A stretch of DNA of 64,000 nucleotides from an uncultured Sphaerobacteraceae bacterium (GTDB taxonomy: Bacteria; Chloroflexota; Chloroflexia; Thermomicrobiales; UBA6265): positions 4,924 through 68,923 of the forward strand of contig CAYJPA010000021.1 in the NCBI GenBank assembly GCA_964371945.1. The letters run 5' to 3'. Below, one piece after another: positions 1 through 9,263 of the stretch (position 1 is the first letter of the stretch; each line of letters begins with the position of its first letter). Under the pieces are notes generated by a model, which searched no databases, was not told the origin of the DNA, and was given only the letters and a program-made list of their open reading frames with translations. Position numbers and translations under genes: made by a program.

Positions 1-1704
1 GACCATGACAACGCGAATCCCGGCCGTCTGGCATGTTGCAATCGCTTCGCGTGCCCCTTCGCGCGGCGGGTCCGACATTCCCTGCAGCCCGAGCAGGGTC
101 AGACCCTTCGGCTCGTCGATATTCTCAAGATCATGTGCTCCTGCCGCGATTTCCTTATACGCCATGGCCAGCACGCGCTGGCCCTCGGATGCCAGATCGT
201 GGGCAGCCGCCTGGATCGACTCGTGATCAAGCGGTTCAGGGCCACCCGCCGTCAACACTGATACGCACATTGCCATAACGCGTTCAGGGGCGCCTTTGAC
301 AAGGAGCAACCGGCGATCGTCGCGCTGGCGAACGCTTGCCGAAAACTGCCGTTCCGGTTCGAACGGAACCTCGGCGATCATCCGGTACGCTTCTCGGTCC
401 GCATCCGGATCCAGGCCAAACCGCGTCGCCGCAATCAAGAGCGCCGCCTCGGTCGGATCGCCCTGGATAGTGAAGCCATCTTCGTCACGGCTGACGACGG
501 CTTCGTTTGTGAGCACTCCAGTCAAGAGCGTCAGCTGGCGCGGACTGCCTTCCAGAAGGCCCTCGGGACCGTACTGTTCGGCGCCGTCTGCCGAGTACCC
601 ATCCCAATTGCGAGGCAGCGTGGCCGGACCGTCACTGGTCCAGATCTGCCGGACGGTCATCAAGTTCTCCGTGAGCGTTCCCGTTTTGTCCGAGCCGATC
701 ACCGTGGTGCTGCCGAGAGTTTCGACGGACGGCAGGCGACGGACGATCGCTCGCCTCCGGGCCATCCGCCGCACACCGACGGCGAGGGTGATGGTGACGG
801 CGATCGGCAGCCCTTCGGGCACCGCGGAGACCGCCAGGGCGACCGCAATCAGGAACATTTCGGAGGCGGAGCGGCCGGTCGCGATTCCGATCAGGAATGC
901 CAGTACGGCACAGACCGCGACCGCAACGCCGACATTCCTGGCCAGTCGATCCAACCTCAGCTGAAGCGGCGTGGCAGTCTTGCCGACCTCACCGACCGCG
1001 AGCGCGATCTCCCCGATCTGCGTCAGACGGCCAGTCGCGAAGACATACCCTCGCCCCCGGCCACTGGTCACGGTCGTTCCCGCGTAGGCGAGATTTGACC
1101 GCTCGCCAAACCCGGCGGCGATGGGAAGTGGATCGATGTGCTTGACGACAGGCACGGATTCACCGGTCAGCGTCGACTCGTCGATTTGCAGCGAGGTTGT
1201 GACCATCAGCCGGAGATCGGCCGGCACCCGGGCTCCAGATTCGAGGAGGACAACGTCACCCGGGACCAGCTCCCGGCTGTCGATCTCCATATCCTTGCGT
1301 TCACGAATGACGTGAGCACGAGGGCCCACCAGCAGGAGCAGCGACCGAATCGACCGCTCTGCCTGCCGCTCCTGAACGAACCCGACGATTGTGTTCAGGA
1401 TGACGACCGCGATGATGACGACCGAGTCCGCGTACTCCCCAAGGAGCGCGGTCACCACGCCGGCCACAATGAGCACCAGGACGAGCGGGCTGCGAATCTG
1501 ATTGAGCAGCATCGCAAGCTGACTTGGGCCGCCAACAGCCTCAACCTGGTTTGGGCCGTATCGTCCGATCCGTGCAGATGCTTCCTGATTGGACAGGCCG
1601 TGCGTGCTCGTCAACAACCGCGACTCGGCCTCAGGAGCCGAGAGCGAATGCCAGTTCGTTTGTCGACTCTCGATCGATCGAGGTGAGTTTTCGAGTGTTG
1701 TCAT
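1..1704 (-). CDS. Cation-transporting P-type ATPase (type II-like). N-terminal 568 codons only; the gene runs off the left edge of the window.
   Basis: Absent from the ORF track because no stop lies inside the window. My manual reverse translation from the ATG (cat at 1702-1704) reads MTTLENSPRSIESRQTNWHSL... and stays open to base 1. It contains TGES (LTGESVPV), the phosphorylation motif DKTGTLT (around 680-720) and AVPEGLP. Confidence 0.85.
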   Translation of the reverse strand, partial: MTTLENSPRSIESRQTNWHSLSAPEAESRLLTSTHGLSNQEASARIGRYGPNQVEAVGGPSQLAMLLNQIRSPLVLVLIVAGVVTALLGEYADSVVIIAVVILNTIVGFVQERQAERSIRSLLLLVGPRAHVIRERKDMEIDSRELVPGDVVLLESGARVPADLRLMVTTSLQIDESTLTGESVPVVKHIDPLPIAAGFGERSNLAYAGTTVTSGRGRGYVFATGRLTQIGEIALAVGEVGKTATPLQLRLDRLARNVGVAVAVCAVLAFLIGIATGRSASEMFLIAVALAVSAVPEGLPIAVTITLAVGVRRMARRRAIVRRLPSVETLGSTTVIGSDKTGTLTENLMTVRQIWTSDGPATLPRNWDGYSADGAEQYGPEGLLEGSPRQLTLLTGVLTNEAVVSRDEDGFTIQGDPTEAALLIAATRFGLDPDADREAYRMIAEVPFEPERQFSASVRQRDDRRLLLVKGAPERVMAMCVSVLTAGGPEPLDHESIQAAAHDLASEGQRVLAMAYKEIAAGAHDLENIDEPKGLTLLGLQGMSDPPREGAREAIATCQTAGIRVVMV

Positions 1705-1939
1705 CGCAATTCGTAACGCTCGGGCATCCAGGACTCAATTCCGTTCGGGTGCATGGTCGCAGAATAGGATCGCGGAGAAGATCATGCCTTGATCCACGGT
1801 ACGCTTGCCAGCGTGACACGATTGCACCGGATGAGCGAAGCGCCGCTGCAATCCGGCAACAACGAATCTCGACAGACTCCGGTTCCTTGCCGGAAGAGAT
1901 CATCCAACGGAAACCGATCAAGGTGTTTTTCCCGGAGCG

Positions 1940-3007
1940 ATGATGCTGCTCAAATATGCCAAAGAGGTGGCCCTACAATGGGTTACCGAAGTAGCCGAAG
2001 AGTTACCTGGATTCGGTGGGGCATTCTTTCACGGCTCGGTGAATTGGATGCCGGACCAGGCTGAGCTCCTGGCTACGTCCGATTTGGACATCATGGTTGT
2101 CATCGATGCGGCGAATCAGCCGCAAAAACTGGGGAAGTTCGACTACTGGGGCGTTCTGCTCGAAGTTTCTTACTTGTCGAGCGGCCAGCTTCGCTCGGCC
2201 GAACAAGTCCTTGGTCAGTACAACCTGGCCGGGAGCTTCCACACCTCAAGCGTGATCGCGGACCCGTCAGGGCAACTGACCACACTCCAAACCGACGTTG
2301 CCAGGCGCTACGCCGAGCGCGATTGGGTCCGTCGCCGATGCGAGGATGCCCGGGCAAAGGTTCTCCAACATCTGCGGTCGCTCGACGAGTCTGCTCCGTT
2401 TCACGACCAGGTAACCTCCTGGCTCTTCGGAACCGGCGTAACCACGCATGTGCTGCTCGTCGCCGGTTTGAAAAACCCGACAGTACGGAAGCGGTACCTG
2501 GCAGTCCGTGAGTTACTCGAGGAGTACGACCGGCTCGACTTCTATGGGCCACTTCTAGGGTTGCTGGGGTGCGATGATTGGAGCCGCGCAACGGCTGAAC
2601 GGCATCTGGCGTCGCTCGCCGGAGCGTTTGACGCGGCGAAGACCGTGATCAAAACGCCGGTCTTTTTCGCCGCGGATATCAGCGATCTCGCCCGCCCGGT
2701 GGCGATTGACGGCACGCAAGAACTGATCGATCTCGGGTTTCACCGGGAAGCGGTCTTCTGGTTGGCGGCCACCTACGCCCGATGCATGAAGGTGCTCCAC
2801 AGCGATGCCACGCCGGAATTGCAGGCGAGATTTGAGCCCGGTCTTCGCGCTCTGCTGGCCGATCTTGGAATCACATCGCTCACCGATCTTCAGCGTCGAA
2901 GCCGGGAAGTCGAAGCGTTCTTGCCGGAGATCCGGGGCGTTGCCGAGGAGATCATGAATTCACCCCGCGTGCTTCCTGATTCGATGACGGATTCGGGTCG
3001 CCAGTGA
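1940..3007 (+). CDS. Nucleotidyltransferase-domain protein (Pol-beta superfamily), function unknown
   Basis: 355-aa ORF. The N-terminal signature hGS-x(n)-DxD appears as FFHGSVNWMPDQAELLATSDLDIMVVID. The rest is helical with no motif I recognise. Confidence 0.45.
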   Translation: MMLLKYAKEVALQWVTEVAEELPGFGGAFFHGSVNWMPDQAELLATSDLDIMVVIDAANQPQKLGKFDYWGVLLEVSYLSSGQLRSAEQVLGQYNLAGSFHTSSVIADPSGQLTTLQTDVARRYAERDWVRRRCEDARAKVLQHLRSLDESAPFHDQVTSWLFGTGVTTHVLLVAGLKNPTVRKRYLAVRELLEEYDRLDFYGPLLGLLGCDDWSRATAERHLASLAGAFDAAKTVIKTPVFFAADISDLARPVAIDGTQELIDLGFHREAVFWLAATYARCMKVLHSDATPELQARFEPGLRALLADLGITSLTDLQRRSREVEAFLPEIRGVAEEIMNSPRVLPDSMTDSGRQ

Positions 3008-3083
3008 CTTATCGTCTGCTCTGGTCGCCAGTTCCTGAGCCTTCAAACAAGCCCAAGGCACTGACAACTCGAGCCAGCTCGCC

Positions 3084-6000
3084 TCAGTCCGCTACGACCG
3101 CATCACGAGAGACGTTGAACAAACCGCTGTCCGCCAGGTGCATGCTCGCGGCTTCCGCCGAAAGCGGGTGCGAGAAGAGATATCCCTGTCCGCTGTCGCC
3201 GCCGAGCGATCGCAGCGCGGAGAGCTGCTCGTCGGTTTCGATCCCCTCGCCGACGACTGTCAGACCAAGCGTTTTCGCCAAACTGATAATCAGCCGGACG
3301 ATCTCGAGGCTTTCGAAATCCTGACTCATCCGGCCAACGAAGCCGCGATCGATCTTGAGGATGTCAACCGGAAGGCTCTGAAGGTAAGCGAGCGACGAGT
3401 ACCCGGTTCCGAAGTCGTCAATCGCCAGGCGAAGACCAAGAGCTCTGAGTCCCTTCAACACCTGGATCGCCATAGCACCATTCTGCATCATCACGGTCTC
3501 GGTGATTTCAAGCCGCAGACAGTTTGGGTCGAGCGCCGTCTCGGCCAAGATGCTCGCGACCTTCGCCACGAGCGTCGGATGTTGGAACATCCTCGGCGAA
3601 ATGTTGACGCTGACCGACAACGGAGTATCCCGCGGTCGTTCCAACTGCCACGCGCGAACCTGACGGCAGGCTTCGGTCAACACCCACCAACCGATGGGCA
3701 AAATCAGGCCGGTCTCTTCGGCCAACGGGATGAACTCCCCCGGCAAAACGAGACCGCGAACCGGATGCTGCCATCGGACGAGTGCTTCGACTTCCGTCGT
3801 TCGTCCTGTCTGCAAATCCAGGATCGGTTGATAGTAGACGCGCAACTCATCACGAGCGATTGCACCTCGCAGGTCGGATTCGAGCTCCAGCCTGGCCCAT
3901 GCCTTCGTATTCATATCGGATTCAAAGAGCGCAAACTGCGACTTGCCGCGTTGTTTGGCCGCATACATGGCTACGTCGGCGTCACGCAGAAGATCGTCCG
4001 CCTTAACGAGGGGCGACGATTTGCAGGCGATGCCGATACTCGCCGGCGCGTAGACGGTGTGCCCCTGAAGCTCGATTGGAGCCGCCAAACGACGTCCAAT
4101 GCGCTGGGCCGCCTCAATGGCTTGTTCGGCGTTCGAGTCTTCGAGCAGAATCGTAAACTCGTCGCCGCCGAGCCGGGCGACCGTGTCTCCGGCGCGAACG
4201 CACGCGGATAATCGTTCCGAAACAGCGATCAGCAGCTCATCGCCCTGGGCATGGCCGAGGCTGTCGTTCACGACTTTGAACCCATCCAGATCGATGAAGA
4301 GGACAGCCAATGGATCGGCCGAACGCGCCGATCGAGCAAGTGCGTGCTCGAGCCGGTTGGAGAACAACATGCGATTGGGGAGTCCTGTTAGCGTATCGTG
4401 GAACGCTTGATGGGCGAGTTGATCCTGTAGCTCCAGGCGTTGCGTGACATCCTGTGCAACGACCAATGCCGCATTTCGACCGTCGAAGGGCAACGTGTGC
4501 GAGGTGATCTCGACCCGGATCTCTCGGCCGTTTTTCTGGCAGTGGTCCCAGACGCCGGAATGTTCGAGCTCGGGCCGGGTGGAGGACAACGAGGCTGCCA
4601 GGGCGGCCGCGTCCTCCGGCGGGCGAATATCGTACAGGGTCATGGCCAGGAACTCGTCGCGGCTATAGCCGTAACGGTCGACAGCCGAGTCGTTGACGGC
4701 GAGGAAGCGGAGTGTTTCCAGGTCATAGACCCACATCGGATGAGGATTGGAATCGAACATCAACCGAAACTGCTGCGCGCTTGCGGCCAGCGCCGCTTCA
4801 GCGGTCTTCTCGGAAGTAATGTCGATCGATATCCCCTGCCAATACGACGTTCCTGTCGTTTCGTCACGAATCAGAACAGCCTCTTCACGCACCCATACCG
4901 TGCGACCATCGCGGGCGCACAGGCGATACTCCTCGCGGTAGGGGCCACCCGTCGCGTCAGCAATTTCATCGGCGGCAACGACGCGTGCGCTGTCATCCGG
5001 GTGCAACAGGCGCTGCCACAGACCCGGGTCGGCGTGCCATTCGGCACGGCTATACCCCAACATAGATTCCGTATGGGAATTGACGAAGAGCGTGGGCGCT
5101 TCGTCGCCTGTGGCCTGGGTGTATATGACCGCGGGCACTTGCTCGACCAGGGATCGGTATTTTGCTTCCTCAGTTCGAAGGGTGACTTCCGCTTGTTCAG
5201 CTGTTCGAACGATTCCAGCCAGGCGAACGAGGTTCAGCCCGAGCAGCAGCAGGACAGCGCCTACGGTTATCGCGATGTCGAGGGCATCCCTGCGATCTGA
5301 GTTGATGAAAAGGATAAAGGGTGTGCCCGCGACGGCAGCCGATTGAAACAGCAATCGCCGGAGGGTCAATCTGGCCGGCGGCCCGGTATCTCGCTGAGTG
5401 ATCGTAGACATCGATGGATGCAATGCGGCAACCGCCCACAAGACATAGTTGAGCAACCAACCGGCGTCAACGAAATCTCCGCCCACGTAATTGCCGGTGA
5501 GCACCGATTGCGCGTAAACGATGTCGGCAACGACCAACAGTCCGGTGCCGGCTGAGAGCAAGTAGAAGACAGGAGAACGGGCACCGGGCGTTAGGATGAA
5601 CAAGGAAAGAGCGGCAATCATTGGAACATCCATTGCCGGATAAGCAGCCGCCATTAGCCGGTCTCCGAACGCAACGGACGCATCGGTCATGATCGGTTCG
5701 AGGAATATGAACCAGACAAAGACCCCGGATGCGATGCCGATCACGGTGGCATCGATCAATGCGCCTCGATCTCGCTGGCGTCCGCGTCCGATCCGGGCAA
5801 ATGCGAACACGATCGGTGGGTAGGCGGCGACATAGAGCACGTCGGCAATCGAAGGAAATGGCACCTCGACATGCAGAACTCGCTCGTAAAACGTCCATAT
5901 GATGTCGCCGGCAGAAAATAGTGCGATCCCTCCGGCGAGGAGGTACCATGCAGAAGCGTCGCCGGATTTGTGCCGACGAACACCAAACACGATTGCTAAC

Positions 6001-6146
6001 GCGGCAGCCGGTCCGGTGATGTCGTAGATGAGCGCAAGGAGAAGATTATCAATTGCGTCGCCGACAAGAAAATATGCGGCAACAAGGGCGATTCCTGTTA
6101 GTAAGCCGCCGAGCCACAATCGGTTTTTCTCAGTCGTGATCTTCAA
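3084..6146 (-). CDS. Membrane-anchored PAS/GGDEF/EAL signalling protein (diguanylate cyclase/phosphodiesterase)
   Basis: 1020-aa ORF with a TTG start directly after an in-frame stop. The N-terminal ~300 aa are hydrophobic and multi-TM. PAS-like segments are followed by a GGDEF motif (ARLGGDEFTILLE) and EAL motifs (EVEALVRWQHP, DDFGTGYSSL). Confidence 0.9.
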   Translation of the reverse strand: MKITTEKNRLWLGGLLTGIALVAAYFLVGDAIDNLLLALIYDITGPAAALAIVFGVRRHKSGDASAWYLLAGGIALFSAGDIIWTFYERVLHVEVPFPSIADVLYVAAYPPIVFAFARIGRGRQRDRGALIDATVIGIASGVFVWFIFLEPIMTDASVAFGDRLMAAAYPAMDVPMIAALSLFILTPGARSPVFYLLSAGTGLLVVADIVYAQSVLTGNYVGGDFVDAGWLLNYVLWAVAALHPSMSTITQRDTGPPARLTLRRLLFQSAAVAGTPFILFINSDRRDALDIAITVGAVLLLLGLNLVRLAGIVRTAEQAEVTLRTEEAKYRSLVEQVPAVIYTQATGDEAPTLFVNSHTESMLGYSRAEWHADPGLWQRLLHPDDSARVVAADEIADATGGPYREEYRLCARDGRTVWVREEAVLIRDETTGTSYWQGISIDITSEKTAEAALAASAQQFRLMFDSNPHPMWVYDLETLRFLAVNDSAVDRYGYSRDEFLAMTLYDIRPPEDAAALAASLSSTRPELEHSGVWDHCQKNGREIRVEITSHTLPFDGRNAALVVAQDVTQRLELQDQLAHQAFHDTLTGLPNRMLFSNRLEHALARSARSADPLAVLFIDLDGFKVVNDSLGHAQGDELLIAVSERLSACVRAGDTVARLGGDEFTILLEDSNAEQAIEAAQRIGRRLAAPIELQGHTVYAPASIGIACKSSPLVKADDLLRDADVAMYAAKQRGKSQFALFESDMNTKAWARLELESDLRGAIARDELRVYYQPILDLQTGRTTEVEALVRWQHPVRGLVLPGEFIPLAEETGLILPIGWWVLTEACRQVRAWQLERPRDTPLSVSVNISPRMFQHPTLVAKVASILAETALDPNCLRLEITETVMMQNGAMAIQVLKGLRALGLRLAIDDFGTGYSSLAYLQSLPVDILKIDRGFVGRMSQDFESLEIVRLIISLAKTLGLTVVGEGIETDEQLSALRSLGGDSGQGYLFSHPLSAEAASMHLADSGLFNVSRDAVVAD

Positions 6147-6392
6147 CTACATTCGATCTCTCTTGGTCGATCACCATAGTTCAGCCAGGGCAACAAAAGT
6201 ATTGCTCAATATAAAGTAAATTGAGCCACCTCTCGGAGCAACACCATACTTAACCGTTTGGGGCCAATTCTTAGGCGCTGGTTGTCTTCAGTCCCGGTCG
6301 ATGAGACGCTGGATTGTAATCGTCGCCAATGGCTTATCGAGAGCGCGCTACGTCGATCACCGGAGAGGTTTGCAGCGAGTTGGCGCACGTCA

Positions 6393-6430
6393 GCCCTCGC
6401 GCTCTCCCGGGTCCGCGAGAGCGCGAGGGC
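6393..6430 (-). terminator. GC-rich 14-bp-stem hairpin downstream of the 6463-7854 gene (possible terminator; no U-tract)
   Basis: gccctcgcgctctc / gagagcgcgagggc are perfect reverse complements separated by 10 nt. The hairpin lies 33 nt past the stop of the minus-strand gene. Confidence 0.35.
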
Positions 6431-6462
6431 AACGAAGCCCCAGCAAATAGTAGAGAGCCAAC

Positions 6463-7854
6463 CTAGCCGGCGAGATCGCAATCTTCGGCGAGCGCGGTGA
6501 CCGCATCGATCGCGAAAATCAGCGCGGGCTCCGCATCGTAAACCGCCTGACCGGCTGCATCGATCGCCGCGTCGTCCTCTTGTTCGACCGCCGTCGCCAG
6601 GTCTTCAGTGGCTTTACCGTAGGCTTCGAACGCGTCCGCCAATTGTTGATTGAGCTCTTCGACCGCGAACGGCACGTCGAAATCGGTGAGTCCCGCCGCC
6701 GTCGAGGCGAAGGCACTCGCCACTTGGTGCGCCAGTTCGGCATAGCCGGGGTCGCCGTCCGTTCGCATGACCATCAGCATGCCCACGATCGAGGTGACGG
6801 CCGACGCTTCCGAGTATGCGATGGTCAGCCACTCCTCAACTTCATCGCAGTCGACACCGGCAACTCCGACATCGGGCCTGGCGGTCGGATCGGTTGACGG
6901 GCCATCGGACGTCGTTCCGCCAGGGGAAAGATCGACGATTGTCAGCAGGCGATCGCCGGAAGGTTGAAATAGGACCCGAGCGATCTCCATTCCGGCCGGA
7001 ACCAGAAAGCCGATTGAACCTCCGGTGTCCTTGCCCGGCGCCAGATCGCCATACTCGAGCTCAGGCCTCTCGGTCTCATCCGGCTGGTAAATGGTGACGT
7101 CGCCATACAAGAAGCCATCCGCATCCTGAAGGAAAAAGCCCGCGGGATCGGTATGGATCGAACGCGGCCCGGTGTTCAGGATAACGACCGAGAGCATGAC
7201 GTACCGGTAACCGCGATCGGGTGGGTAATTAGCATCGTACTCATCGAAGGGATCGATCAGTTCGAGTGAAGCGACCGCTCCGATTTCTTCGCCTTCGTAT
7301 CCGATCCAAGGAACCTCCTCGCCGATCTCGGGAGCGGAGGCGGTTCCGAAGTCGACGAGTTCTACTACCAGGCCGTCGCCGGGAAAGAGCAAGATGTCTG
7401 AGATCGTAACGTCATTGAGCACTTGGAAACCGATCGCTCCCGCGGTGGAATACCCGGACTCCACGTCCTGGTATTCGAGATCGGGCGCGCTCTCACCCTC
7501 GGGCCGGTATATCGTGGCGTCTCCGTAGAGAAATCCTTCGGTATCGCGGATTAAGACCTGGCTCGGATCAATTCGAACGGTCAAGCTTCCGGTTACCTCG
7601 ACGTGGACTTCGATCAGGACGTAGTGGTATCCGTGAACCGGCGGATAGGCCGGGTCGTATGCCTCGAATGGATCTTGGATCGCCCCCACGGTGACCAACG
7701 CCACTTCGACTCCGCCGGGCGTTAGCACCGGAACTTGTTTTCCAAGAACCCCGTCTTCCTGTAGCCTCGCAGCGCCGGATTGGGAGACGCTCGTGAATGG
7801 GACAACCGCGACGAAAAGCAGTAACGCGACGATTAAGGAAAGACGTCGAGACAT
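6463..7854 (-). CDS. Secreted protein with two tandem DUF4352-like Ig-fold modules and a helical acidic C-terminus
   Basis: Start moved to ATG 7854, which has GGAGG 6 nt upstream. Signal-like N-terminus MSRRLSLIVALLLFVAVVPFTS. Two homologous modules are present (DPFEAYDPAYPPVHGYHYVLIEV...IGFQV and DPFDEYDANYPPDRGYRYVMLSV...IGFLV). Confidence 0.6.
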   Translation of the reverse strand: MSRRLSLIVALLLFVAVVPFTSVSQSGAARLQEDGVLGKQVPVLTPGGVEVALVTVGAIQDPFEAYDPAYPPVHGYHYVLIEVHVEVTGSLTVRIDPSQVLIRDTEGFLYGDATIYRPEGESAPDLEYQDVESGYSTAGAIGFQVLNDVTISDILLFPGDGLVVELVDFGTASAPEIGEEVPWIGYEGEEIGAVASLELIDPFDEYDANYPPDRGYRYVMLSVVILNTGPRSIHTDPAGFFLQDADGFLYGDVTIYQPDETERPELEYGDLAPGKDTGGSIGFLVPAGMEIARVLFQPSGDRLLTIVDLSPGGTTSDGPSTDPTARPDVGVAGVDCDEVEEWLTIAYSEASAVTSIVGMLMVMRTDGDPGYAELAHQVASAFASTAAGLTDFDVPFAVEELNQQLADAFEAYGKATEDLATAVEQEDDAAIDAAGQAVYDAEPALIFAIDAVTALAEDCDLAG

Positions 7855-8168
7855 CACGAACCTCCAGGAGCGATCAGGCAGAGCCGAAAACGATCTCACA
7901 TCAGGCGGTCAACACGTTCACATCTAGAGTGATTTTCTTTCGAGGTTACCCGAGCATACACCCGAAGCTTTCTTGAATCCATGGGGCGGCGATTCGGAAT
8001 TGCGGCTCGTTGATCGAGGCGCACCGTTTGGCGCGCCGTGCGCCCCCTTGCGCACGGTCGACGACGATGCCATGCTCATCACGCAAAATGATTTGGAGAC
8101 CACGGCGGATCGATGAGACGAATTGCGTCACGTGCGATCTCCGTATCACGTTAGGAGAGCAGAATCCA

Positions 8169-9083
8169 ATGGCGGCGAGCGATTATGAGGTTCTGGACGA
8201 GCGGTTCGGGCGCTGCATCAATGGGAGCGCGACAGTTGAGCACCTCTACAAGGGTTGCCGTTGGGCCGAGGGGCCAGTCTATCTGCCACTCGCTCGCTCG
8301 GTCATTTGGAGCGATATCCCGAATGATCGGATGATGCGCTGGGACGAGACCACCGGCACAACCGGCGTCTATCGTTACCCCGCCGGCTACACCAACGGCA
8401 ACACGGTTGACCGGCAAGGCCGGCTCGTAAGCTGCGAGCACGGCGGGCGTCGCGTCTCCCGCACGGAACATGACGGTTCGATAACCACCATCGCCTCCAA
8501 ATACGATGGAAAGCGGCTGAACAGTCCTAACGACGTGGTCGTGCGGTCTGACAATTCGATCTGGTTCACCGATCCCGCCTACGGAATCGACTCCGACTAC
8601 GAAGGTCATAAAGCCGAAAGCGAAATCGGCGGCTGCCATGTCTACCGGGTCGATGGATCGAGCGGAGATGTGAAGATCGTGGCCGACGATTTCGTGCGGC
8701 CGAACGGCATCGCGTTCTCGCCTGATGAAAAGACGCTCTATGTCGCCGACACCGGCGCAAGCCACGTACCCGACGGTCCACGACACATCCGCTCGTTCAA
8801 GGTTTCGGACAAGGGCAAGCTCAGTGGCGGCAAGTTGCTCGCGACCTGTACCGCCGGTTTTTTCGATGGGATGCGGTTGGATGAGCAAGGTCGAATTTGG
8901 GCCAGTGCCGGCGACGGCGTGCACTGCTACGAACCGGACGGCACACTGATCGGCAAAGTGCTGATTCCCGAGGGCGTAGCAAATGTCGCCTTTGGAGGGA
9001 TCAAGCGGAATCGACTCTTCATCACGGCGACGTCGTCGCTTTACTCGATCATGTTGATGGTGAATGGGGCGAAGACGGTTTAG
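8169..9083 (+). CDS. SMP-30/gluconolactonase/LRE-family lactonase
   Basis: ATG 8169 is in frame with the track ORF and preceded by AGGAGA; 304 aa. Propeller-family strings: EGPVYLP, NGNTVDRQGR, SPNDVVV, WFTDPAYG, RPNGIAFSPDEKTLYV, FDGMRLDEQGRIW. Confidence 0.8.
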   Translation: MAASDYEVLDERFGRCINGSATVEHLYKGCRWAEGPVYLPLARSVIWSDIPNDRMMRWDETTGTTGVYRYPAGYTNGNTVDRQGRLVSCEHGGRRVSRTEHDGSITTIASKYDGKRLNSPNDVVVRSDNSIWFTDPAYGIDSDYEGHKAESEIGGCHVYRVDGSSGDVKIVADDFVRPNGIAFSPDEKTLYVADTGASHVPDGPRHIRSFKVSDKGKLSGGKLLATCTAGFFDGMRLDEQGRIWASAGDGVHCYEPDGTLIGKVLIPEGVANVAFGGIKRNRLFITATSSLYSIMLMVNGAKTV

Positions 9084-9112
9084 CTCGTAGCTGCAAGCTG
9101 CAAGCTATTTTT

Positions 9113-9236
9113 CACGGGAATGAATTCCCGTGCTCAGTCCCTGAAGTCCCTCCGGGACTGAGAACGCTAACCTTCAACTGCCTCCTCGGTGACGGGAACC
9201 CGTCCGGGATTGCGAACGGCAAAATCGCAATCCCGG
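9113..9236. repeat. Three consecutive perfect-stem hairpins (REP-like palindromes) between convergent genes
   Basis: 9113-9132: cacgggaa-tgaa-ttcccgtg. 9133-9162: ctcagtccc-12 nt-gggactgag. 9204-9236: ccgggattgcga-9 nt-tcgcaatcccgg. Confidence 0.6.
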
Positions 9237-9263
9237 AGAGGATTCAGGTGCCGCGATGGCGAG

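Noticed and set aside
5-1943. Several plus-strand track ORFs (5-226, 296-964, 1138-1686, 1524-1943 and others)
   Set aside because: They are shadow frames antisense to the P-type ATPase gene. The minus strand carries DKTGTLT, TGES and PEGLP. Their translations are Arg/Ser/Pro-rich, which is typical of wrong-frame high-GC sequence.
3138-4211. 357-aa plus-strand ORF
   Set aside because: Antisense to the GGDEF-EAL gene. It has no motifs and a biased Arg/Gly composition.
8151-8924. 257-aa minus-strand ORF
   Set aside because: Antisense to the lactonase gene, which has clear family motifs. High-GC shadow ORF.
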